Positions 50,288 to 58,667 are shown, counted from the stretch's first letter. The stretch: 64,000 nt of DNA from Candidatus Aenigmatarchaeota archaeon (GCA_038733315.1 JAVYPJ010000001.1:295863-359862), one strand, 5' to 3'. Numbers and translations: made by a program. The notes: generated by a model from the sequence alone, not told the origin.

Positions 50288-51739
50288 TTAAATATTTCTT
50301 AAGAAATCAATATCTTGTGACATTATGTTTCTTATGTCGTTTATTCCTGTTTTTAACATAACTAACCTACCGATTCCAATACCCCAAGCTAATATTGGTA
50401 AATCTATATCGAAGGGCTTAGTTACTTCTTCTCTAAATATTCCAGCACCACCAACTTCTACATATTTATCGTTAATTTTAATAAAAACCTCTACACTTGG
50501 TTCTGTAAACGGAAAATAGGCTGGCTTAAACTTAACTTTATCGCTACCAAAAATTTTTACTAATTCTTTTAGTATATATAGTAAATTTTTAAATGTCAAA
50601 TCTTTATCTACTATAATTCCCTCTAACTGATCAAACTCTATAAAATGTTTTGCATCTATTGTATCCGGTCTAAAAACTCTATCTATTGCAAACATTTTTA
50701 AGGGAATTTTTACTTCGCCTTTTTTTATTTTGTATAGAACTCTAGCACTTATTGATGTATTATGACTTCTCAAAATATATTTTTTTGCAAGTTCTTCGTC
50801 AAAATATTCCCATCCTTTAGAATATTTACCTAAGTGAGAAGACTTTACTTTTTCAAAAATTTCATTATCTATTTCAGCTTTTTCTTGAGTATCTATATAA
50901 TATATGTCATGAATATCTCTTGCAACATGTCTACTAGGCATAAACAAAGCATCACAATTCCAAAAATTGCTTTCAATAATTCTTCCTTTAAACTCTTCAA
51001 ATCCTAGGGAAATCAAAAAAATTCTAACTTCGTTAAGTATTCTATTATAAAAATGAATTTTTCCTGGATAAATTCTTCCAGAACTTATTAACTCATATTT
51101 TTTAAATCTTTTGTTTTTCCACATTCCTTTTTTTAGAATTTCTGGAGTAATAGATGCTATTTCGGCTTCATCTATCTCAATTTCTTCTTTTTTTGCCAGC
51201 TCTGTTAGCTTTATAAATCTTTTTTTGATAATCTTTTCTTCTACAATTTTCCTTTTTATAAATTCTTGTAACACATTTTTATCTTCTATTTCATCTTCGC
51301 TAACTTCAAACTTAAGTTTTTCTAATACAATCTCTTTTGGCATTTTATTTTCTAAATATTCTTTTGCTTTTTCATTTAGTTGTACTTCTCCTCTAACTAT
51401 GGAGATTAATTTATCGTTTTTAAGCCAAATAATTCCTATTTCTGATTTTCTATATTTTGTTGTTAGCTCACCAATGTTTGTTATACCATTTGCTAATAAA
51501 TTCAAAACATTTCTTTCTGGTAAACCATTTTCTAAATACTCTTTACCTTCTTGAGATAGCGTATAAACCTTTTTCTCTTCTGTTATAATTTCTATTAAAT
51601 TCTTGGATTTTAATAATTGTAGTATTCTTTCTAGATAATCTTTATTTAACCTAGACTTTTCTACAAGGTCCTCGAAATTTATACTTTCAAAATCTCTTAA
51701 AAGTTTAATTATAGCATACTCATCGCTGGATACTTTCAT
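50288..51739 (-). CDS. pheS: Phenylalanine-tRNA ligase alpha subunit
   Basis: FWNCDALF, VFRPDTIDAKH, YFPFTEPS, GAGIFR, AWGIGIGR. Confidence 0.97.
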   Translation of the reverse strand: MKVSSDEYAIIKLLRDFESINFEDLVEKSRLNKDYLERILQLLKSKNLIEIITEEKKVYTLSQEGKEYLENGLPERNVLNLLANGITNIGELTTKYRKSEIGIIWLKNDKLISIVRGEVQLNEKAKEYLENKMPKEIVLEKLKFEVSEDEIEDKNVLQEFIKRKIVEEKIIKKRFIKLTELAKKEEIEIDEAEIASITPEILKKGMWKNKRFKKYELISSGRIYPGKIHFYNRILNEVRIFLISLGFEEFKGRIIESNFWNCDALFMPSRHVARDIHDIYYIDTQEKAEIDNEIFEKVKSSHLGKYSKGWEYFDEELAKKYILRSHNTSISARVLYKIKKGEVKIPLKMFAIDRVFRPDTIDAKHFIEFDQLEGIIVDKDLTFKNLLYILKELVKIFGSDKVKFKPAYFPFTEPSVEVFIKINDKYVEVGGAGIFREEVTKPFDIDLPILAWGIGIGRLVMLKTGINDIRNIMSQDIDFLRNI

Positions 51740-51773
51740 AAACTAAAATATTACCCTGAAAAATTTAAATAAT

Positions 51774-51847
51774 GGGGCCGTAGTCTAGCTTGGTAGTGAT
51801 GCCGGCTTGGGGTGCCGGTGGCCCGAGTTCAAATCTCGGCGGCCCCA
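51774..51847 (+). tRNA. tRNA-Pro(GGG)
   Basis: GGGGCCG/CGGCCCC acceptor; CCGGC-TTGGGGT-GCCGG. Confidence 0.96.
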
Positions 51848-51900
51848 AAAACGATTTTATATAGGATTTTTTCTAAGATTTATTTTATATAGAATTTTAT

Positions 51901-52049
51901 GCCGGGGTCGCCTAGCTGGCTATGGCGGCGGACTTGAGTGACAGATTGGCGTGAAACTGATTAGAAAATGAAAAATGATGTGGGTGTCGAAATGAGAAAG
52001 AAATCCGCTGGGCTTTACGCCCGCGTGGGTTCAAATCCCACCCCCGGCG
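51901..52049 (+). tRNA. tRNA-Ser(TGA) with 64-nt intron at 37/38 (51939-52002)
   Basis: GCCGGGG/CCCCGGC acceptor, G73, long variable arm; GCGGA-CTTGAG[intron]A-TCCGC. Confidence 0.9.
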
Positions 52050-52575
52050 ATATATTTTGATTTAACTTATATTTATTTTTGCAATATTCAAAAAATTCTT
52101 CAACTATTTTTTTAGTTATTTCTATGAAAATATTTTTTTCGAGCGCTGGTAATTCTAATACTATAGTATTTTTGCAAAGAACATCATCTATTATGCAAAC
52201 ATAATAATTGTTAATTCTTTCAGCAATTTTCCTTCCATTTTCATCTATTAAGAATTGTTCTGTTGAAGCTTTTAGATTATAATTTTTTAATATATCTTCT
52301 ATTTTCTTAGAAATAGAGATTAAATCTTCTTTTTTGGGATAAATTATTATCGAATATTCTTTATATTCTTTTTTCTTATCCAATACATTTTCATGAATTT
52401 CTAAAATTAAGGGATTTTCTTCATATAAATCTTTTATATATTTTATAAACTCGTTTCTTTTTTCAAAATTTTTAAACTCTATTTCTTTATTTTTGAATTC
52501 ATCAGAAATAATACTAAATGCCTCTTTTGGTAATTTTTCTCCTTTATGCTCAAAACAAACAACTATAAGCTTCAT
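52015..52575 (-). CDS. Hypothetical protein (3' end antisense to tRNA-Ser)
   Basis: 186-aa ORF with typical codon bias; last 11 codons read through the tRNA. Confidence 0.65.
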   Translation of the reverse strand: MKLIVVCFEHKGEKLPKEAFSIISDEFKNKEIEFKNFEKRNEFIKYIKDLYEENPLILEIHENVLDKKKEYKEYSIIIYPKKEDLISISKKIEDILKNYNLKASTEQFLIDENGRKIAERINNYYVCIIDDVLCKNTIVLELPALEKNIFIEITKKIVEEFFEYCKNKYKLNQNISPGVGFEPTRA

Positions 52576-52605
52576 TAATTAAAAAGGTGTTAATTAATTT
52601 AGTTT

Positions 52606-52676
52606 TGGGCCCGCTGGGAATTGAACCCAGCTCTCCGCCGCGTGAGGGCGGTGTCCTACCGCTAGACTACGGGCCC
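52606..52676 (-). tRNA. tRNA-Val(CAC)
   Basis: Minus strand GGGCCCG...CCGCC-CTCACGC-GGCGG...GGTTCAATTCC...CGGGCCCA. Confidence 0.96.
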
Positions 52677-52681
52677 AAAGA

Positions 52682-53092
52682 TTATTTACCAAATTTCCAG
52701 TGTTTAGAAACTCTAATAATTATTCTATCTTCGAAAAAATCGAAAATTAAGTGAATAAGGAATGCTAAAAGGAACAATGATATTAGTGTATTGTAAAACA
52801 TCAACAAAGGCACTGTAATTAATAGAATTGCGATTGTTGGAATATTGTGAAATAATAGAAAACCTCTTCTATACCTATCACTTTTAATATTAAACCTTAG
52901 AAAATCCTTTATCGAAGTAAATCTAATATATTTTAAATATATGAAGTGATCTATATCTGGTATAAACGCACCAGCAAATATTACAACAATTCTCTCTATT
53001 ATAGAAATGTCTTCTACATATATTAAAGATAGTACAATAAGAATTACTGGAATTAAAAAGTGTAGTATTGAATGTAATACCCAACTCTCCAT
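52682..53092 (-). CDS. YdjM-like membrane metal-dependent hydrolase
   Basis: H..LH, PDIDH, FHN, HLIFD. Confidence 0.75.
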   Translation of the reverse strand: MESWVLHSILHFLIPVILIVLSLIYVEDISIIERIVVIFAGAFIPDIDHFIYLKYIRFTSIKDFLRFNIKSDRYRRGFLLFHNIPTIAILLITVPLLMFYNTLISLFLLAFLIHLIFDFFEDRIIIRVSKHWKFGK

Positions 53093-53095
53093 AAG

Positions 53096-53641
53096 TTAAA
53101 ATGAGAGACTTAGAACTATAAATATTAAAGATATAATTAAAAAAATCGGTATTAGTTGTGGCCTGTAGAAAAATAGTGCTGAGCTAAACGAGTTTGGATA
53201 AGGGGTTAAAAGGGAAATTGTTAAAATAGAAGGTATAAAAGTTAATATGAAGTTTTTGAAAATAATTCCTAAGGAAGAAATTATTAAAAGTACGAGTAAA
53301 AAAATAAAAGAGACTTCTCCAATTTCCTTAGAAGTCATTCTATATTCAAAAATTTTTCTTGCTCTAGTATAATAATAAAAATCTCCAAGAGATAGTAGCG
53401 GAAAAAAAGGGATTTTGAAAATTACAAGAAAAAGAGATAGAAGCATTCCAATCAAAAAAATTCTATATGTTGGTTTTATATAGATTTTTTCTGAATAAAG
53501 ATAAGAGGCGAAAAAGGCTAAAAAAAGGATTGATAAGGAAGCTATGCATGAGAGAAAGATGTTTATAGAAAAAATGTAGGATATAGAAATTCCACAAAAA
53601 ATTGCTGTTAAAAAAATGTTTAGAAAATTATTGATAAACAT
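53096..53641 (-). CDS. Multi-pass membrane protein
   Basis: About 6 TMs; coupled to neighbours. Confidence 0.6.
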   Translation of the reverse strand: MFINNFLNIFLTAIFCGISISYIFSINIFLSCIASLSILFLAFFASYLYSEKIYIKPTYRIFLIGMLLSLFLVIFKIPFFPLLSLGDFYYYTRARKIFEYRMTSKEIGEVSFIFLLVLLIISSLGIIFKNFILTFIPSILTISLLTPYPNSFSSALFFYRPQLIPIFLIISLIFIVLSLSF

Positions 53642-54420
53642 TAACTTTTGAAAAAGTATTTTAGTGCATCTTCTATTTTAGACACTTCTATAACATTCAT
53701 TCCAAGTTCCTCTGATAGATTTACTTCCTTAGTTTCATACGTTATTGTACAAAACTCAAAATTTCCTATTTTTGTGCAACTTCTTTTTGGTATTAATTCT
53801 ATTTCTTTTGATTGTCCATTTGGAACTAAACATATTTTAGCACCATTGTTTTTGGCAGCTAAGCATTTTTCTTTTACAGCACCAACTTTACCTATGTTTC
53901 CATTTTCATCTATGGTACCAGTTATGACAACTTCTCTATTAATTTCTTTTTGTGATAAGGCTGCTATAGTAGCTATTGTTATCGCAGACCCAGCAGAAGG
54001 ACCACCAACAATAGATGCATTTGCTTCAATAGTATATATGATATCTAAATTGGATGTGTTTATTTTTGTTATTTTTTCAGCAATTTCTTTTGCTACTCTT
54101 ATAGAATTTTGTGTGTCAACCCAAAAGAATAAATTTTCTATGTTTACTAATACTTTTCCAGTACCGTTTTTAACTTCAACAATTAGCTTAGTTATAGCTC
54201 CATAACCATTTTCGTCTATTGCAAGCAATGGAAATTCTACTCTTGAAAAATTACTTTGAAATGTTGTTGTGAATTTCGTTTCTAAATAATTTTCTTTAAT
54301 AGCGTTTTTAGTTTGTAAATTTTTTATATTTGTGAATATAGATGTTATTGCTATAAGTATAACAATTATAGATAATACAATTACAATATTTTCATTCTTT
54401 TCCTTTTTCCTTCTCTTCAT
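53641..54420 (-). CDS. Membrane-anchored Lon-like (S16) protease domain protein
   Basis: GGPSAG catalytic Ser, TGTI...IGKVGAVKEK catalytic Lys; no AAA+ domain. Confidence 0.88.
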   Translation of the reverse strand: MKRRKKEKNENIVIVLSIIVILIAITSIFTNIKNLQTKNAIKENYLETKFTTTFQSNFSRVEFPLLAIDENGYGAITKLIVEVKNGTGKVLVNIENLFFWVDTQNSIRVAKEIAEKITKINTSNLDIIYTIEANASIVGGPSAGSAITIATIAALSQKEINREVVITGTIDENGNIGKVGAVKEKCLAAKNNGAKICLVPNGQSKEIELIPKRSCTKIGNFEFCTITYETKEVNLSEELGMNVIEVSKIEDALKYFFKS

Positions 54421-54458
54421 ATATTAATACTTCAACTTATAAATTAAAAAAATAATTT

Positions 54459-54741
54459 GGTGGGGGCGCGCTTAGAGTCGATAGGTTAACCCATTGTAGT
54501 TAACCCAGCTTTCAACTCTTAACTATACCTACGAACGTGGCTACCATAGTTTATGGCTGCTCCCTTTCGGGCCTCACCAGGTTCACTATGATAGCCACCC
54601 CGTAGGCATAGTTATTTCATTGTTTACGGCTGGACTACAATGAGCTAACCTACCTTCCCTAAGCTACGGCGGCCATTATGGACCGTTTGCCCTGGCAGTG
54701 CGCCAGAGGGGAGGCCCAGCCCCCCGCCGGAGGCCCCCACC
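54459..54741 (-). ncRNA. ffs: Signal recognition particle RNA
   Basis: Terminal helix GGTGGGGGC/GCCCCCACC; helix 8 GAACCTGGTGAGGCCCGAAAGGGAGCAGCCATAA; long helix 5; Alu loop-loop pairing TGGGCC/GGTCCA. Confidence 0.93.
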
Positions 54742-54785
54742 TAAAAATATTATTGTTTTTACTTCATAAAAACGCGAATCTAAAT

Positions 54786-54804
54786 TTCGAAAAGTATTTA
54801 TATA
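54786..54804 (+). promoter_or_regulatory. BRE/TATA promoter for the acidic micro-protein
   Basis: CGAAAAGTA-TTTATATA about 30 nt upstream of ATG 54834. Confidence 0.55.
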
Positions 54805-54833
54805 TTTAAAATTAATACTATAAGTAATATAAT

Positions 54834-54977
54834 ATGAACTACTGGATATATCAGGAAGAGGAAGAAGAGGAAGAGGAGGAAGAAGAGGAAGAAGAAGACT
54901 TTGATGAGGAAGACTTTGATGAAGAGATAGGAGAAATAGAAGAAGAAGAGGATTGGGAAGAAGAAGAGGAAAAATAA
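54834..54977 (+). CDS. 47-aa highly acidic micro-protein
   Basis: MNYWIYQ-E14-DFDEEDFDEEIGEIEEEEDWEEEEEK, TAATAA stop; GAA/GAG wobble variation in frame. Confidence 0.7.
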   Translation: MNYWIYQEEEEEEEEEEEEEEDFDEEDFDEEIGEIEEEEDWEEEEEK

Positions 54978-54985
54978 TAAAGATA

Positions 54986-55813
54986 TCAAAAAACCCTAAA
55001 ATCTATCCTTACTTTATATATTTTTGGTGCGTAGGGCAAAACTTTTATTTTTTCTAATATTTCAAAATTTAACTTAAATTTTTTGCAAGCCTCTTCAACA
55101 TCTTTTATAGCTTTTTCAAAGGGATTTTCTTCTTTGCCCCAGTTATAATAATGAATAATAGTATTTTCTTTTGCAAACTCTAAAGCTTTTAAAAGAAAAT
55201 TCTCTGATGAAATAGGTAAAGTAACAATAATTCTATCAAATTTTGATTTAAGTTTTAAATTTTTTACATCGCAAATTATGTTAACAATTTCATTTTTTAT
55301 TTTATTTAATTTTTTGCTTTCTTCAGAGTATTTTATAGCATATTTATTAATTTCAACACAAAAAATCTTAACATTTTTAACTTTTTTAACTATTGCAAAC
55401 GCGAGCGGAGAAATTCCACTAAATAAATATAAAATTTTTTCTCCATCTTTTATTTTTGATGCTATTCTTTGTCTTTCTGTTGCTTCTCTTGGAGAAAAAT
55501 AAACTTTTTGTGGGTCTACTTTCAAAAAATATCCATATTCTTTATGAATTACTTCTGTATTTTTATCTCCTACTATCTCAAATTCATATAATCTTAATTT
55601 GCCTTTTCTGCCCGATTTTTTAAATAAAACAGATTTAACATTTTTATTAAATTTTTTGATGGCCTCTGCTATTTCATTTTTATATTTATCCATACTCTCA
55701 TCCCAATCTATAATAGCTACAGCTTTATCTCTATTTCCAACTATATCAAAGCTTCCTGGAATTTTTTTTAAAGTTTCTTCAGGAATAATGTTTTTTAAGA
55801 GAGTTTTTAACAT
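54986..55813 (-). CDS. Trm5/Tyw2-family tRNA methyltransferase
   Basis: SFDIVG, HKEYG, KVYFSPR...ERQRI, LFSGISP, EINKYA, IIHYY. Confidence 0.88.
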   Translation of the reverse strand: MLKTLLKNIIPEETLKKIPGSFDIVGNRDKAVAIIDWDESMDKYKNEIAEAIKKFNKNVKSVLFKKSGRKGKLRLYEFEIVGDKNTEVIHKEYGYFLKVDPQKVYFSPREATERQRIASKIKDGEKILYLFSGISPLAFAIVKKVKNVKIFCVEINKYAIKYSEESKKLNKIKNEIVNIICDVKNLKLKSKFDRIIVTLPISSENFLLKALEFAKENTIIHYYNWGKEENPFEKAIKDVEEACKKFKLNFEILEKIKVLPYAPKIYKVRIDFRVF

Positions 55814-55819
55814 AAATTT

Positions 55820-56467
55820 ATGATAGTTGCACTAAACTTTAAGGCATTCAGAGAAACTATCGGAAACAATTCTTTAAAGATTATTAAAAAAATAGATAAA
55901 AAATTTAAAAAGATAAAATTGATAGCTATAGTTAATCCAGCTGATATTTCTTTGGTTTCGAAGGTAAAAAGAAAAAATATAAAACTATACACTTCTTTAA
56001 ATAAATACTGTGAAACTTATGGATCTTATACTGGTGGAATTCCGTTAGAGTTTTTAAAGGAAAAGAATTTTGACGGAATTCTTTTGAACCATTTCGAAAA
56101 TAGAATAGTTTTTAGCGAGTTAAAAAAATTTATCGACTTTTCTAAAAAAATAGGTTTAGAAACTATGGTCTGTGCGAAGGATTTGAGTGAAGCTAAAAAA
56201 ATAGATAAGATAAATCCAAAATATTTATCTTACGAGGCACCAGAATTAATAGGAACAGGGAAAGCAATATCAAAATATAAGGCAGAGAGTTTAAAAAAGT
56301 TTATTGAAATAACAAAATCGATTCCAATCTGTGGCGCTGGAATTTCTGAAGCTATAGATGTTAAGATTGCAAAAGATTTAGGAGCAGAAGGAGTTTTAAT
56401 TGCTAGCGCTTTCGCCAAGGCTAAAAATAAAATAAAGTTTTTAAAAGAGATTGATAGAATTTTATGA
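55820..56467 (+). CDS. tpiA: Triosephosphate isomerase (archaeal)
   Basis: LNFKA, LNHFE, YEAPELIGTG, GAGIS, GVLIASA. Confidence 0.94.
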   Translation: MIVALNFKAFRETIGNNSLKIIKKIDKKFKKIKLIAIVNPADISLVSKVKRKNIKLYTSLNKYCETYGSYTGGIPLEFLKEKNFDGILLNHFENRIVFSELKKFIDFSKKIGLETMVCAKDLSEAKKIDKINPKYLSYEAPELIGTGKAISKYKAESLKKFIEITKSIPICGAGISEAIDVKIAKDLGAEGVLIASAFAKAKNKIKFLKEIDRIL

Positions 56468-57402
56468 AAGTATTAGTTGTTGGGAGTGCGTTAATAGATA
56501 TTGTTTGTAAAATAGAGGATAAAATTGATTTAAAATCAAAAAAACTAATTTTTAATTTAGGTAGTAAGTATAACTTAAGTTTGATTGAATTTTCCGCTGG
56601 CGGCTCTGCTCTAAATGTTGCTTGTAATTTATCTATTTTAGGAGAAAAAACTTTTTTAGTTTCTAGAGTTGGTAGGGATTTATATGGCAATTATATTCTT
56701 GAGACGTTAAAAAAATATGGAGTAACTTCTTTATTGAAAATAGATAAAAAAAATTCTACTGGCTTTTCTGTAATTTTAATAAAGGATGGAGAAAAAGTTG
56801 TGTTTAGTAGTAAGGGGGCTTCTGAAGAGTTAAGCGAAAAGGATATTAAAGAGGAAAATATTAAAAATAGCGATGTTATTATTGCAACTAGCTGTGGAAA
56901 AAAGTCCAGAAAAATTTATAAAAATCTTTTTAACCTTTCTAAAAAATACAATAAATTTTTTGTTTTTAATCCTAGCATTTCTATTATAAGAAAGGAAAAG
57001 AAGTTGTTAAAAATTTTTAAAGATGCCGAGCTAATAATTTTGAATAAGGAAGAGGCGCTAGAAATAACTAATAAAAAAAGTTTAATAGAATCTGCTAAGA
57101 AAATGTTAAGACATTTTAAAAGGGTTATAATTACTTTGGGTAATGATGGATGTATTTATTTTGATGAGAGAACAAAAATATATAAAAAAGCTTATAAGGT
57201 TAAAGTGGTTAGTACCATAGGTGCTGGGGATAGTTTTACTGCAGGGTTTGTCCATTATTTTTTTAAAACAAGAAATATAGAAGATTCCTTAGATTTTGCT
57301 AGTGCGTACGCTGCTATAAACGTTTCTAACTTTGGAAGTATTGTTAATGCTAAGGAATCTCAAGTTCTAGATTTTATGAGAAAATACAAAACTAAAAGGT
57401 AA
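56464..57402 (+). CDS. PfkB-family carbohydrate kinase
   Basis: GGSALNVA, LNKEEA, TIGAGDSFTAG. Confidence 0.92.
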   Translation: MKVLVVGSALIDIVCKIEDKIDLKSKKLIFNLGSKYNLSLIEFSAGGSALNVACNLSILGEKTFLVSRVGRDLYGNYILETLKKYGVTSLLKIDKKNSTGFSVILIKDGEKVVFSSKGASEELSEKDIKEENIKNSDVIIATSCGKKSRKIYKNLFNLSKKYNKFFVFNPSISIIRKEKKLLKIFKDAELIILNKEEALEITNKKSLIESAKKMLRHFKRVIITLGNDGCIYFDERTKIYKKAYKVKVVSTIGAGDSFTAGFVHYFFKTRNIEDSLDFASAYAAINVSNFGSIVNAKESQVLDFMRKYKTKR

Positions 57403-57661
57403 AATAGTTTTTGAACTTTTCGTTAATTTTAATTAAGCCTAAATGAAGGCATGCATCTAAATAAGCCCAAGAAATTACTATGGCTTCGAAGGAATTTATA
57501 TAATCACTCTTTTCATAGAAATATTTAGAATCTTCATAATACTTTTTTGCCATTTCTATTATTTTATTTTCTTTAATTATTTCTAAATTTTTTAGAACTT
57601 CATCAATTATTTTAATATTCTTTTCAGAAAGTTTTTTTAGCTTTTCTTCTATTTTTTCCAT
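57392..57661 (-). CDS. DUF357-family protein
   Basis: YYEDSKYF...D..NSF....AYLDA...LG. Confidence 0.8.
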   Translation of the reverse strand: MEKIEEKLKKLSEKNIKIIDEVLKNLEIIKENKIIEMAKKYYEDSKYFYEKSDYINSFEAIVISWAYLDACLHLGLIKINEKFKNYFTF

Positions 57662-57663
57662 TT

Positions 57664-58431
57664 TTATATTTTTAAATCGAAAAAGTTTATAGCATTATTA
57701 TCTAAGATTTCTTCTACAGTCTCTTTGCTTATTTTCTTTAGTTTTGCTATTTCCTCTATGCAGATCTTTACATTTATCGGTTCGTTAATTTCCTTTCCTA
57801 TTCCGCACCACGGAGAATCTGTTTCTGCAACTAAGTATTCTAGCGGTATTTCTTTTGCAACGTTTTGAATTGCTGGGTTTTTGTAAATTTGATTGTTAAT
57901 GCTTATTAAATAACCCTCTTTAATTATTTCTTTTGCGAGTTTAATTTTTCCATCGAAAAAGTGAAATAAAGCTTTTTTAATATCTTCGTTAATAACAATT
58001 TTTAAAACTTCTTCTATAGCAAGCCTTGCGTGTAAGACTACAGGTTTCTTTAAATCTTTTGCCACTTCTAAAAATCTTTTAAATGTTTCTTTTGTTTTTT
58101 CTATTTTATTTTTTTCTTTTATCCAATAAAAATCTAGTCCAATTTCTCCTATTGCAACTATTTTATCTTTATTTTGATGAATAAACTCTAAATATTCGTC
58201 TATTTCTTTTTCTGTAAGGTTAATTGCTTCTATTGGATGTAAGCCTAGAGAGCTAAATATAAAGTTTTTATATTTTTCCGATAATTCAATTGAAGTTTTC
58301 GAATCTTCAAAATTCGATGTCGAATCTATTATCGCTTTCATAGAATTTTTATACTCTTCTATTTTGCTTATGAGTGGATTTTCTTTTCCGTTAAATTTTT
58401 TTATGCTTAAATGACAATGAACATCAATCAT
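57664..58431 (-). CDS. tatD: TatD-family nuclease
   Basis: IDVHCH, GLHP, IGEIGLD, LHAR, FHFF, ETDSP. Confidence 0.93.
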   Translation of the reverse strand: MIDVHCHLSIKKFNGKENPLISKIEEYKNSMKAIIDSTSNFEDSKTSIELSEKYKNFIFSSLGLHPIEAINLTEKEIDEYLEFIHQNKDKIVAIGEIGLDFYWIKEKNKIEKTKETFKRFLEVAKDLKKPVVLHARLAIEEVLKIVINEDIKKALFHFFDGKIKLAKEIIKEGYLISINNQIYKNPAIQNVAKEIPLEYLVAETDSPWCGIGKEINEPINVKICIEEIAKLKKISKETVEEILDNNAINFFDLKI

Positions 58432-58470
58432 AAAAATTATCTTTTTAGCTTAACATAATTTTATGACAAT

Positions 58471-58570
58471 GCCGGGGTGGCGGAGTGGCTTCACGCGGCG
58501 GGCTGCAGGGTTTTGCGATTTATGAGCGATGGAAACCCGCAGATCCCGGGTTCAAATCCCGGCCCCGGCT
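58471..58570 (+). tRNA. tRNA-Cys(GCA) with 26-nt intron at 37/38 (58509-58534)
   Basis: GCCGGGG/CCCCGGC acceptor, U73; GCGGG-CTGCAG[intron]A-CCCGC. Confidence 0.92.
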
Positions 58571-58572
58571 AG

Positions 58573-58667
58573 TTAATTTCTACTAAACCCATATGTGGAG
58601 TGTATAAGAAAGTTAAAAAGAAAAAAGTAGAAAAAAAGTTTTTTAGAATGGGCTTAGTAGGGATTAA
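58573..58667. repeat. 20-bp imperfect inverted repeat enclosing 55 nt
   Basis: TTAATTTCTACTAAACCCAT (58573-58592) vs ATGGGCTTAGTAGGGATTAA (58648-58667): 17/20 Watson-Crick. Confidence 0.7.

Noticed and set aside
53648..54205. Long antisense ORFs (also 29533-30006, 51111-51554, 697-1023 and other short track ORFs)
   Set aside because: Fully nested opposite well-supported genes, with shadow-type Ser/Phe/Ile composition
54798..54989. 63-aa Phe/Leu-rich minus-strand ORF
   Set aside because: Antisense shadow of the poly-Glu ORF, which has the promoter and codon pattern
58575..58586. AATTTCTACTAA resembles the start of a Cas12a direct repeat
   Set aside because: Single copy, no GTAGAT stem partner at the right spacing, no array, no cas genes; it is one arm of an inverted repeat
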